64,000 nucleotides of DNA from an uncultured Gemmatimonadales bacterium (GTDB lineage: Bacteria; Gemmatimonadota; Gemmatimonadetes; Gemmatimonadales; GWC2-71-9), in NCBI GenBank assembly GCA_963828735.1, contig CAWHFW010000005.1, forward strand, positions 672,001 through 736,000, written 5' to 3'. This document shows positions 39,390 to 49,008 of this stretch, one piece after another. The first letter of the stretch is position 1. Each line of letters opens with the position of its first letter. The notes beneath the pieces were generated by a model. The model searched no databases. It was not told where the DNA came from and worked only from the letters and a program-made list of their open reading frames with translations. Made by a program: the position numbers and the translations under genes.

Positions 39390-40472
39390 CTAGAAGGCGA
39401 GGCTGGAGATCCCGATCCCGGCGCCCGTCCCGAGCACATATCCGACGGCGGTCACCAGCCACGCGTGACCTCCGGGAAGGGGCGCTCGCTCGCCGCCGGG
39501 GAACACGTAGCTGTGAAGGAGAGGTACGGACACACCGCTGGCCGTGCCGATGAGACTGCCCACCAGCATGTCCGAGGGGAAATGCTGGTCGGCCTGGTTG
39601 CGCAGATTGGACGTGAACCCGGCGAGCAGGCCCCCGATCGCGGCGATCGCCACATGCTCCTTGCTTCCGGCATCGGGACGGGACAGCAGGTTGTCCGTCG
39701 CCGCATACGAAGCGGCGGCGAAGGTGGTCGCGGCGTGGCCTGACGGCATGGAGAGGAAGGCGTCGTCCGCGGTGACGTCGTAGCCCGACTCCGTCGGGCG
39801 CTCCGACGCCGGCAGGTAGGTGAACGGCCTCGGCCGGTCGATGGCGTGCTTCAGGACCTGTGTGAACCCCTGCGCCAGCAGCACCGATTCCCCATAGAGC
39901 ACGAACGGCCGCCGGATGACATTTCCGAACCCGTGCACGCCCGGTTGTGTCAGGAGGGCGAGGAGGGGCGGACCGGCGAGCGTCGCGAAGACAGCCACAT
40001 CACTCGCCTTGTCTGCGCTCGTGCTCGGATTGCCGATCGCGTTTCGATCTATACCCCAGTTGATGTTCGAGGGGTCCAGCCCTTCCTCCGGCACGGCCTG
40101 CCGAGTGACCGGCAGGCTGAGGCCGATCGCATTTCCCGCCAGACCAACAGCGCCTAGGGCGCCATCGGACAGCCAGTGCAACTCGGGGAGAGCGACTGAG
40201 CTCGAGCCCTCGGCGGCGGCCGCTCCCACAACCGCGCTGCTTGGTACGGACACCCGTGTGATCACCGAGCCAGGGAGCTCTACGGCGTGTCCTCCCCCGA
40301 CATCGCGGGCATCCCACGACGGGAACACGGGCTCGGCGATCGCCGCCAGCGGTGCGAGGGAGCGAGGGGCCTGTGCATAGGCGCGCTCCGTCGAGTTCAG
40401 CAGCGTCGCTGCGACGGTGAGAGCCGCGGGGACCAGTCGCAGGAGAGGGTGGTGCATCGAGGAGTCAGTCAT
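39390..40472 (-). CDS. PAP2 family phosphatase, signal-bearing
   Basis: KHAIDRPRP, SMPSGH, R..ADQHFPSD. Confidence 0.88.
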   Translation of the reverse strand: MTDSSMHHPLLRLVPAALTVAATLLNSTERAYAQAPRSLAPLAAIAEPVFPSWDARDVGGGHAVELPGSVITRVSVPSSAVVGAAAAEGSSSVALPELHWLSDGALGAVGLAGNAIGLSLPVTRQAVPEEGLDPSNINWGIDRNAIGNPSTSADKASDVAVFATLAGPPLLALLTQPGVHGFGNVIRRPFVLYGESVLLAQGFTQVLKHAIDRPRPFTYLPASERPTESGYDVTADDAFLSMPSGHAATTFAAASYAATDNLLSRPDAGSKEHVAIAAIGGLLAGFTSNLRNQADQHFPSDMLVGSLIGTASGVSVPLLHSYVFPGGERAPLPGGHAWLVTAVGYVLGTGAGIGISSLAF

Positions 40473-40513
40473 CGAGAAGAACAGCTTACCAGCCTGGCGG
40501 GCGGCGTCAAGCT

Positions 40514-40588
40514 GCCCAACACGCGTCCGTCTCGCCGAACAACGGGGGCCAAAGGGGTACGTGACAAGTCGGTGGCGCGTCGTTAGGC
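40514..40588. repeat. Degenerate attC-like imperfect inverted repeat
   Basis: GCCCAAC (RYYYAAC) at 40514 and GTTAGGC (GTTRRRY) at 40582, with partly pairing arms. Confidence 0.35.
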
Positions 40589-40773
40589 CGGGATGGTGCA
40601 ACCAGTCGGGCCTGTGCGTTGCTACGGGGTGTAGACCTGAACCTTCCTAACCATCCCCAGCATCTCCAGATCTTTTACGCCGCCAATCACGAATAGCTTG
40701 TGGTTCGCAACCGCGCTCCCTCAACGCATCTGCCCGATGAGCATCTGTGATTGTGTTTCGGTGAAAGGCGCTT

Positions 40774-41865
40774 TCATGGCACTCGGGGTGGCAACAGGTA
40801 GAGCGTCATGGCGAAGATCGCATAGACCATCAGCAGCAGGACACCCACGAACCACGATGAGCGCCCGCTGTTGGTCACCATCGAGGCGGACACCGAGGCG
40901 ATGAACATCATCACCACGGCCCCCGGCCAAAACTGAAGGTTCATCGGCGTCGGCCCGATGACATAGCTCACGAGCACCAGCACAGGCGCGACAAACAACG
41001 CGATTTGGGTCGCGCTTCCGAGCGCGATGCCCACGCTCATGTCCAACCGGTTCTTGCGCGCGCCGGAAAACGCCGTGGGCATCGCCGATGCGCCGCCGAC
41101 CAGCGCCACGATGATGAAACCCACGAACGCCGGGGTCATCCCGAACGCCTCGGCCGCCTGCTGCACCGACTCGACGAAGATTTCGCTCACAAGGGCAACC
41201 AGGACGGTGACGCCTGCCAGCGTGGCGAGGGCCAGGCCCATCGGCCACGGCGATTGCCCGGCCTCGGAATGTGCCACGCTGCCAAACCACTCGCGGTGCG
41301 TCTTGAGCGAGTGCAGCATGCTCAGTCCGTAGGTGACGATGAGCAGCACCGCGAGACCGACGCTTAACTTGTGGCTGAACGCCACTGCCGCGGCGTCGGC
41401 GTGCGACGTTGCCGAAGGAACCAGCAACGCGACCGTGGCCAGGAAGAGCAGTGCGGCCTGCACGCGGGCGCTGACCTGGTTGTACTCCTGCACGTGGTGC
41501 TTGAGCCCGCCCAGCAGAAACGACATGCCCAGGATGAACAACATGTTGGTGACAATCGTGCCGGCTATGGACGCCTTCACCAGCGTGTACTGCCCGGCGC
41601 GCAAGGCGGCCAGCGCGATCACCAGTTCTGCCAGGTTACCGAGCGTGGCGTTCAGCAGGCCACCGACCGCATCGCCGGTTTTGGCGGCCACGGACTCGGT
41701 GGCATAGCTCAGCAGCACGGTCAACGGCATAATGGCCAGGACGGATAGTACGAAGAGCAGCGTGTGAGCGTTGGGCGCGAGTGGTTGGGCCACGAGCACC
41801 ACGGGCGCGAAGGCCAGCAGCCAGAGCAGTTTGTTGTGCCGGATTACTGTGAGCAGTTCGTTCAT
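40774..41865 (-). CDS. cax: Calcium/proton exchanger (CaCA family)
   Basis: GGLLNATLGNLAE, GSATQIALFVAP. Confidence 0.92.
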   Translation of the reverse strand: MNELLTVIRHNKLLWLLAFAPVVLVAQPLAPNAHTLLFVLSVLAIMPLTVLLSYATESVAAKTGDAVGGLLNATLGNLAELVIALAALRAGQYTLVKASIAGTIVTNMLFILGMSFLLGGLKHHVQEYNQVSARVQAALLFLATVALLVPSATSHADAAAVAFSHKLSVGLAVLLIVTYGLSMLHSLKTHREWFGSVAHSEAGQSPWPMGLALATLAGVTVLVALVSEIFVESVQQAAEAFGMTPAFVGFIIVALVGGASAMPTAFSGARKNRLDMSVGIALGSATQIALFVAPVLVLVSYVIGPTPMNLQFWPGAVVMMFIASVSASMVTNSGRSSWFVGVLLLMVYAIFAMTLYLLPPRVP

Positions 41866-41868
41866 GGT

Positions 41869-42294
41869 TCACCTTTCTTCGGCTGCGGACCTGAGAAGAA
41901 ACAACCTGCTCACCACCGCGAAGAAGAATGCCGTGGACAACCCGCACATCAGGATGCCGGTCAATCCCTCCACCGAGCCGATCAGTCGCCACTCCTTCGG
42001 CAGCACCACATCCCCGTAGCCCAACGTGGTGTAGGTGACACCTGAGAAATAGAACGATGACTCGGCATCAGGCAGACACTTCTGCCACCAGTAGAACAGT
42101 GCCCATACCGCAATCTCGGCGAGATGCAGGAGGACCAGCCACCACGCGACCTTAATGAGCAATCGGGTCACCGGCCAGAACCGCAAGTCCGGCGGAACGG
42201 ACGCCCTGCGGGGCACCAGCGCCGACATCCCCGCGGCATGAATCGTCACCGTAAGGGCCAACAGACACCAGGCGGTCAGGAGCTTCGAGATCAT
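41869..42294 (-). CDS. Two-TM potassium channel family protein
   Basis: FYFSGVTYTTLGYGD selectivity filter. Confidence 0.9.
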   Translation of the reverse strand: MISKLLTAWCLLALTVTIHAAGMSALVPRRASVPPDLRFWPVTRLLIKVAWWLVLLHLAEIAVWALFYWWQKCLPDAESSFYFSGVTYTTLGYGDVVLPKEWRLIGSVEGLTGILMCGLSTAFFFAVVSRLFLLRSAAEER

Positions 42295-42545
42295 CGCTAC
42301 CAGGGATTGGCGATCACGCAATCTCCTCCATAATTTCGCCCCTGTCGAGGCCGCGGCTCTGGGAGCTTCACGCTTCGGCTGCGTGACTTCGGGAGCGCCA
42401 CCGATTACCTCGACGGTCTGGCACGACGCGACGTGCTGGCCGTCCACTGAGCGTGTCGCGTACTGCCAAGGGATTGTCGGCGTGAGGCACGCCGAATCGG
42501 CGACCGGATGTACACGATTGGGGAACCGGCACCAGAGCCCTTCTA

Positions 42546-42589
42546 TTTCACGTCGTGGCGCTACCCCTTTCACGTCGTGGCGCTACCCC
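42546..42589 (+). repeat. Perfect 22-bp tandem duplication
   Basis: tttcacgtcgtggcgctacccc x2. Confidence 0.95.
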
Positions 42590-42862
42590 GCCGCGGCCCG
42601 GCCACGATCTTCCTCCGGTGGAGGTGTCGTGCCTCGGGGTCGTCGGATCCCTGGCCATCTCGGAATTGCGGAACAGGGTTCAAAATCCAGGTTCCTCGCA
42701 GGAATGACGCGCGCGCTACGGTACTGGGCGAACGATTCGCGCTAGCTGCGTGACTTCGGGGTGAGGCATGCTTTGGAACTGCCGCGCTGCCTCGGTGTGA
42801 TAAAAGAGGGGTGCACAGCGCATTCCGGGAGATCGATATTCCCGCCAGGTCCGCGTGAACGC

Positions 42863-45451
42863 TTAGAAGCCAAAGGCGGCGCCCGCCTGCACCAGCGTTC
42901 CCTCGGTCGAGGACTCCACGCCGACGGACAGTGTGTTCCGGCGGTCGAGAAAGCCGAGCCACACGCCGCCGCCGCCCCCGCTGTGCCAGCCCCCAGGCGA
43001 TTCCCCGTCCACGTAGACGCGTCCGGCACCGAGGTCCCCGTAGACGCCCCACACGGCCGGGAGCGCCAGAAACACGGTTCCCACGGTCAGTCGGAGCTGG
43101 GCCCCACCATACAGGCTCGCATCTCCGGCGAACCGCTTCGAATGGTACCCTGGCAGCGTCGACGAGCCGCCCACGAAGGCCGACTCGAAAAACGGGAACG
43201 AGCCCCAGACCTTGCGGCCGCCTGCCCGGAGCGCCAGGGTGGGGAGGCCCGGCAGTGGAGCCGTTACGAAAGCGTCGGCCCGCACCTCGCCTGCACCGTA
43301 CGTGCTCGGGACGTCCCACACGCCCGGATCCACCTCGGCATCGGCCGAGACGTGAACACCGCTCAGCGGATTCACGGGCCGGTCCCGGCTGTCGAAGTCG
43401 AGCCCCACTCGGCCTCCCACCTGTCCGAAGCCACGCCCCCCGAGCAGCGTGTCCTGGAGCGGCGCGATGAAGCGCCCGGTATTGTCGCCCGTGTGCGTGT
43501 ACCACCCGAAGACGCCGACGCTCACGTCCAGGTGTGGGGCGACCGGGACCACGAAGGCCGGCTCGGCGATGTACCGCTGCTGGCTCACGCGGTAGAAGCT
43601 GCTGTTCCCCAGGTTCGGCGTATCGTTGCCGAGTCCGTAGTAGTGGAGCGTCTCGATGCCGGAGGCCCGGAGGCGGACTCGCCAGAAATGTGAGGTGTTC
43701 TCCGGGTGGAACTCGCCGTCCAGGTCCGCCCGAAACGCTTGTGCGCCGGTGGAGTAGCCCAGCCGGCCCTGGATCTCGGAGGCGAACGGTTCACGGCGGA
43801 AGCCGTACTCGGTGCGCAGGAAGCCGAAGCCGGCAAACAGGCCGAGATCGCTGCTCGCACGTAACCAGGGCACGGGCCGCCACCAGGTGCCCCACTCCCG
43901 GGGAGGATAGCGGTTGGTGTCGCTGCCCACCCACTCCTGGTGAGGCTTCGTGTTGACGCTGACGCGGCGGCTCCCTTCGGTGGTCGTGTGCCCCGAGTCG
44001 TCGTAGAAGCGGACGTCGCCGCTCCGGGTCGAGTCCGTGAACACCTCGTCGCCGGGCCCGCCCACGACGCGCAGCCGGATGTTCGGCGTATCGGCGCCGC
44101 GCACGACCACACTGTCGTCGCCTCCCCACACCATCAGGCGGATCTCGCGGGTCTCCCGATCGTCGAACCGGCGCGCGAAGTACGGCTCGGCCTTGTCGCG
44201 GACCCGGATCGCGACATCGAGATGATGTGGGTCCATGCAGGTGATCTCCGCGACCTCGGCTGCGTCGGTGGCGCGAATCTCGACCTCGCGGGAGAGAAAC
44301 TCGTAATAGCTGAGCGCCTCGTGCTCGAGGCCGTCTCGCCGGCTCCGCAGCACCTTCGCGAGCCGCTCGCCGCCGACGGGATACATCTCCGGGGGCATCC
44401 CGCGCACGGCCGCCTCGATCGTCGAGTCGGTCAGCATGGCCTGCAGCGCGGTGGCTGTCGAGTCCCACGTGGCGCGGTCCAGCTCGACGAGGAATCGCCG
44501 GTCCACTTCACGGGCGTGCCAGTTGAGGCGGTCGTGCCTCGGGTAACTGGGTTCGAACGTGATGAGCGGCTGGTAATAGAGGCGCGCCAGGTCAAGGCCG
44601 ATCCCGTCGAGCTGCACGAAGGCCTCGTCATGGTCGCGCGAGATCGGCTGCCAGAGGGTCGGGTGGCCCTTCTCGAACGACGCCCAGCGGAACTGGTCTC
44701 GGTGCCGGTCGCGGTCGCCCATGAAGATGTCCATGAGCCGAGCGCGGAGGAACGCCCGCGCGTCCACGCGGCTGTCCGGGCTGGCGTCGATCCGCTGAAA
44801 GAGCTTGGTCGGCGAGATCACCTTCCGTGGGCCACCCGTCGTGTCCTCCGCGTTCGCGTCGGGCCGCTCCTCGATCAGACCGAGCACGCCCTTGAAATCC
44901 GATCGGAACTCGCCGAGGGCGGGATCGTCGGGGAGGACGGCGAGGGTCTGCGGATCGACCAGCACACCGACGGCCTCCAGCAGCCCGGTGGCCACGAGCG
45001 GCGCCGCGGGAAACGACGCGCTGACGCCGTCCTGCAGTGACTTGGCGTACGCGGAGCCGCGGAGCTCCGGGACGAGCGCCGCCGTCGGGTCCTTGTCCAC
45101 CGCGCGGAACTGGTATTGGTGCCCGTTCGCCCCGGTGAATCGGAGCGATTTCGTCTGGCTGCCCGTGTGGGCCGACACCGGGGTCAGCCCACCGGCGAAC
45201 TGACGGAGATCCAGGACGCGGACCCGGATCGGCGTGGTCCAGAGATCCCGGTAGTGCCGCCCGGCGAATGCCACGCCCAGTCCACCCTTGGCGTACCGGG
45301 CTCCCGGGGTCATGACGACGAAACTGTCCGCCCAGCGCGGCGGCTCCGGTGTGAGAGGGCTCGACTCTTGGGCCGCGATGCCGGTTGCATGAAGGGAGAC
45401 TAGTACCGGACCAACGATCATGGTCCACGTGCGGCGGGGTTTCCAGTTCAT
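42863..45451 (-). CDS. Omp85/BamA-TamA family barrel with N-terminal kinase-like domain
   Basis: Signal peptide; DFDSRD, loop-6-like LPGYHSKRFAG, terminal Phe; N-domain GDRDRHRDQ and RDHDEAF. Confidence 0.82.
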   Translation of the reverse strand: MNWKPRRTWTMIVGPVLVSLHATGIAAQESSPLTPEPPRWADSFVVMTPGARYAKGGLGVAFAGRHYRDLWTTPIRVRVLDLRQFAGGLTPVSAHTGSQTKSLRFTGANGHQYQFRAVDKDPTAALVPELRGSAYAKSLQDGVSASFPAAPLVATGLLEAVGVLVDPQTLAVLPDDPALGEFRSDFKGVLGLIEERPDANAEDTTGGPRKVISPTKLFQRIDASPDSRVDARAFLRARLMDIFMGDRDRHRDQFRWASFEKGHPTLWQPISRDHDEAFVQLDGIGLDLARLYYQPLITFEPSYPRHDRLNWHAREVDRRFLVELDRATWDSTATALQAMLTDSTIEAAVRGMPPEMYPVGGERLAKVLRSRRDGLEHEALSYYEFLSREVEIRATDAAEVAEITCMDPHHLDVAIRVRDKAEPYFARRFDDRETREIRLMVWGGDDSVVVRGADTPNIRLRVVGGPGDEVFTDSTRSGDVRFYDDSGHTTTEGSRRVSVNTKPHQEWVGSDTNRYPPREWGTWWRPVPWLRASSDLGLFAGFGFLRTEYGFRREPFASEIQGRLGYSTGAQAFRADLDGEFHPENTSHFWRVRLRASGIETLHYYGLGNDTPNLGNSSFYRVSQQRYIAEPAFVVPVAPHLDVSVGVFGWYTHTGDNTGRFIAPLQDTLLGGRGFGQVGGRVGLDFDSRDRPVNPLSGVHVSADAEVDPGVWDVPSTYGAGEVRADAFVTAPLPGLPTLALRAGGRKVWGSFPFFESAFVGGSSTLPGYHSKRFAGDASLYGGAQLRLTVGTVFLALPAVWGVYGDLGAGRVYVDGESPGGWHSGGGGGVWLGFLDRRNTLSVGVESSTEGTLVQAGAAFGF

Positions 45452-46145
45452 CGCGATGCCCCTTCTGTCACATGCTCGCGCGACGCCCGTCCTCTATTGT
45501 GCTGCGCGCGCATCGTGGCCTTCAGCGACATGCCAATCGATATTGCGCCACCTGCCCGGCCTCAACATGGCAAGAAATTACGGTGGTGGTACCATCCTAC
45601 TGCCTGGCGCCGGGAGGTCAACTGACAAAAGAGCCGCCGCCGGTCGAACATCGCCCCTCGACGTTGCACGTCCTGATGATCCATTCTGTTTCTCCTTCAC
45701 TGCCGGCTGCCGGATCCCGCCACGCTGTTGCCGCTGAGGCATGCCGCCAGCCGCTCCGGAGCCCGCGCGTACCGCACACGCTGGTAGCCTTCCATCAGCC
45801 GCGCGACCTGCACGATCTCGTCAGCGACCTGATTCAGATCGGCGCTCGCACCGACGTGCTGCTGCCGCGCTTCGAGGCCTGCAGAAGCTGCGCCTGCGAT
45901 CGCGCGAATCGATGCGAGCGATAGGGCGGCCTTTAGAGATTTCAGGAGAAGACGCGGAAGCGGCACCACCTCGACGGTTGGGGCCGCTGAAGAAGGGCTC
46001 TGGTCCCTGCACACTTCCGAATGGTGCTTTGTGGGGGTATGGCTGTGTCCGGTCTGTGGGCGCCCAGGTGACTCCAGGCAAGGGACCACCGTCCCTCATG
46101 TAGCTCGATGCCTCGATCCCCTCACCTGGTAGGGCTTCGCCCTAG

Positions 46146-46619
46146 TCACGGCCCCGCGGCAGATGGGGCCCCAGAACGGGCGAGAAGCCGGTCATCACCA
46201 CCGCCGTGATAGCTCCAGCCGATGACACCGCCGTAGAGCAGGTGGCCGAGCAGGCTGCCGGTGATCAGCTCGAGGTCGCCTCGTGAGAAAAGCCCCCCGC
46301 CGACCAGCGGCATGAATACGACTTGGGCCACGACGAAGACCATCGCCCCGTACACCGCTCCGCGCACCACGGGCGGCCCGGGAAGGCGTGCGTCGAAGGC
46401 CGCGGCGTAGATCACCGCCAGCACCACGCCGATGCCGAAGTGGAGGCACCAGCCGAGCGCCGGGCCTACTGCCAGGTGCGCAGTCGTGAGGCCGAGCGAG
46501 GTGCTCAGAACCTGACCCATCGCGATCTTCGGCAGGCCGATCGACGGCTCCACCAGGAGCAGCGCCGTCATGGCCGCAGTGCCGACCAGGCCGGCGACCG
46601 CCGCGCGCCCGACGTTCAT
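46146..46619 (-). CDS. Four-TM membrane protein (DUF6789/DUF1440-like)
   Basis: AGLVGTAAMT, GWCLHFGIG, MPLVG, GHLLYG. Confidence 0.75.
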   Translation of the reverse strand: MNVGRAAVAGLVGTAAMTALLLVEPSIGLPKIAMGQVLSTSLGLTTAHLAVGPALGWCLHFGIGVVLAVIYAAAFDARLPGPPVVRGAVYGAMVFVVAQVVFMPLVGGGLFSRGDLELITGSLLGHLLYGGVIGWSYHGGGDDRLLARSGAPSAAGP

Positions 46620-46641
46620 CGTCCCCCCTTTCCTCGCTGCG

Positions 46642-47037
46642 TCAAGGCTTGGCCATCCCGTGGCTCACGGCGTACACGTAGGACGCGACCAGGAAGACCT
46701 GCGACTCCTCGATGCCCCCTGGGTGCGGCACCATGAGCGTGCCCGCCAGTCCGTTGTCCACCCGCTCGATGATCGCCGAATAGGTGCCGTCGATGTGCCG
46801 CCACGACTTACCGGTCAGTGCCGGCGCGACCGGACCGCCCTGCAGCTTGTCGCCGTGACAGCCGAAGCAGGTGCCCTTGCCGTGAAAGATCTTCCGACCC
46901 GCGTCGATCATCGGCGTGGTGAGCATCGTGCTGTCCGGCACGGGGCCACGCGCGCTGTCGGCGGTCTGCGCCCGCGCATGCCGCGCCCCAAGGGACAGCG
47001 CCCCGGTCACCAGCAGGAGCCGCAGTGCTCGGCTCAT
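46642..47037 (-). CDS. Periplasmic monoheme cytochrome c
   Basis: Signal peptide, CFGCH, distal Met in LMVP; GAGGT RBS. Confidence 0.88.
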   Translation of the reverse strand: MSRALRLLLVTGALSLGARHARAQTADSARGPVPDSTMLTTPMIDAGRKIFHGKGTCFGCHGDKLQGGPVAPALTGKSWRHIDGTYSAIIERVDNGLAGTLMVPHPGGIEESQVFLVASYVYAVSHGMAKP

Positions 47038-47212
47038 CGGGCCCACCTCGGAAATGGAATCGGGAGCTTCGCTCACATACTTGCGCCCGCCCGCACTGGA
47101 GACAAGGGTCCCGGTGCGGACAGATTGTCCCCGACCAAAGATTCAAAAGTCCTTCATCCTGTCTTCATCGACGTGGCCCAACCGTAGAGCACCTCATCCC
47201 TCGGCGGTTCCC

Positions 47213-48589
47213 ATGCCTGCGAAGCACCGGCTGGTCCCCGTGCTCCTCTGCGTCCTCGCTTCCCCGCTGTCCGCGACGGACGATCTCGGTGATCTCGCCC
47301 GCGCCTATGTGGCCGCGCACACCACCGCTCACCTCCGCCTTCCCAGCTACGCCCGCCAGACCGGGCTCGCGTGCAGCGCCTGTCACTATCAGTTCCTTAT
47401 GCTCACGCCGTTCGGCCGCAAGTTCAAGCTGAACGGGTACACGCTCACCAACCTGATGACGATCAACGAGAAGGATTCCACCAACGGTGGCCGGCTGAGC
47501 CTTTCACCGGTCTCCCTGCTTTCCGGGATGGTGACCGCCGGCTACACCCGCATCAAGGACGACCTGCCGGATACGCAGAACGGTGCCGCTGCGCTGCCCC
47601 AGGAGCTGAGCGGCTTTCTCGCGGGACGCATCAGCTCGAACATGGGGATGTTCTCGCAGTTCACCTACTCGGGCGCCGACGGCGCATTCGGGATCGACAA
47701 CGTGGATATCCGGTTCGCCGACAAAACGTCGATCGGCAGCACCGAGCTGACCTACGGGGCGACGCTCAACAACAGCCCCTCGGTGCAGGATCTGTGGAAC
47801 ACGACCCCGGTGTGGGGCTACCCGTTCATCGGCTCGGATGCCGCGCCGGGCGGCGCCGCCGGCACGCTGATCGACGAGGGGCTGGCGCAGAACGTTCTCG
47901 GGCTTGGCGGGTATGCGATGCTGGCGAACCACGTGTACGGTGAGGTGTCGTTCTACCGGTCTGCCCTGCAGGGCTCGGCAGCGCCGACCTCGGAAACCGG
48001 GGCGATCCACGGCGTGGCCCCGTACTGGCGCCTCGCGCTCCAGCAGGAGTGGGAGCACCGCTACCTGATGATCGGCACCTTCGGGCTGCACGGGAGCCTG
48101 TTCCCCGACGTGCTGAGCGGTCCGCGGGACACCTACAGCGATGTGGGCGCCGACGCACAGTTCGAGACAGCCGCCGGCAGCGGGAACGTCGTGTTGCGAG
48201 GCTCGTACGTCCACGAAGACCAGACGCTGGACGCGACCGCGGCAGCCGGCGGGGCGGACAACGTGAAGAACTCGCTCGAGGTCCTACGGTTCAATGCGAG
48301 CTGGTATCCGAACCAGTGGCTCGGCCTGAGCGGCGGGTACTTCGATACGCAGGGCACCACCGACGCCGGGCTGTACGCGCCCGGCCCCGTGGACGGCAGC
48401 GCCAGCGGGAGCCCCAAGACCGACGGGTTCGTCGGGGAAGTCGACCTGAACCCGTGGGAGAACACGCGGGTGGGACTCCAGTACATCGCCTATTCCAACT
48501 TCAACGGCGGGAAGACGGACTACGACGGGTCCGACCGGAGCGCGTCGGGGAACAACACGTTGTTCGCGTTCGCATGGCTGGCCTTCTGA
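47213..48589 (+). CDS. Cyc2-like fused cytochrome c / outer-membrane porin
   Basis: LPSYARQTGLACSACH...LTPFGRKFKLNGY followed by beta-strand barrel ending AWLAF. Confidence 0.82.
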   Translation: MPAKHRLVPVLLCVLASPLSATDDLGDLARAYVAAHTTAHLRLPSYARQTGLACSACHYQFLMLTPFGRKFKLNGYTLTNLMTINEKDSTNGGRLSLSPVSLLSGMVTAGYTRIKDDLPDTQNGAAALPQELSGFLAGRISSNMGMFSQFTYSGADGAFGIDNVDIRFADKTSIGSTELTYGATLNNSPSVQDLWNTTPVWGYPFIGSDAAPGGAAGTLIDEGLAQNVLGLGGYAMLANHVYGEVSFYRSALQGSAAPTSETGAIHGVAPYWRLALQQEWEHRYLMIGTFGLHGSLFPDVLSGPRDTYSDVGADAQFETAAGSGNVVLRGSYVHEDQTLDATAAAGGADNVKNSLEVLRFNASWYPNQWLGLSGGYFDTQGTTDAGLYAPGPVDGSASGSPKTDGFVGEVDLNPWENTRVGLQYIAYSNFNGGKTDYDGSDRSASGNNTLFAFAWLAF

Positions 48590-48873
48590 TATCCGGCCGG
48601 CGTTCTGATCGGTGGTTTGCTCAGGGACCTGCCACGCGCAGGTCCCGCGGCATATGCGGCCCGGAGAGCAGCGACGCGCACGCTCGCCAGCGCCCTGCCT
48701 CCGAGTCGCCTCCGGTCCTCGCCACCCAAGCGGCGACGAGGTCCTTTGCTTGCTGTCCAGAGCCATCGAAGGGTTCAAAATGAGGAACACTAAACGAGGC
48801 TCAGCGGGGCTTCTACGCGTTGCCAGCGCCACCGTAAGGAGCTCGCGGTAGCCTGATCATCTTCCGCGAACCA

Positions 48874-48896
48874 AAGGCGCCCGGCCTGGGCGCCTT
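48874..48896 (-). terminator. Intrinsic terminator-like hairpin
   Basis: aaggcgccc-ggcct-gggcgcctt, downstream of the tRNA-Lys fragment on the minus strand. Confidence 0.55.
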
Positions 48897-48964
48897 CTTC
48901 TGATTCGGGCGTTGACAGAGGGCTAAACTGGACCATCAAACTAGGCCACAAAAAGCTAAGTCTA

Positions 48965-49008
48965 TGAGGGCGGTGGGGCTCGAACCCACGACCTAGGGAT
49001 TAAAAGTC
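48965..49008 (-). other. tRNA-Lys(TTT) 3'-half fragment (att-site-like)
   Basis: Minus strand gaCTTTTAAtccctaggtcgtggGTTCGAgccccaccgccctca; no D arm or 5' acceptor strand. Confidence 0.88.

Noticed and set aside
37523..42589. CRISPR array suggested by the 21-22 bp repeats
   Set aside because: The repeats are directly tandem without spacers, and there are no cas genes.
45452..46145. Coding ORFs or a sigma54 promoter in this gap
   Set aside because: ORFs lack an RBS and protein-like composition; TGGC motifs lack the GG-N10-GC spacing.
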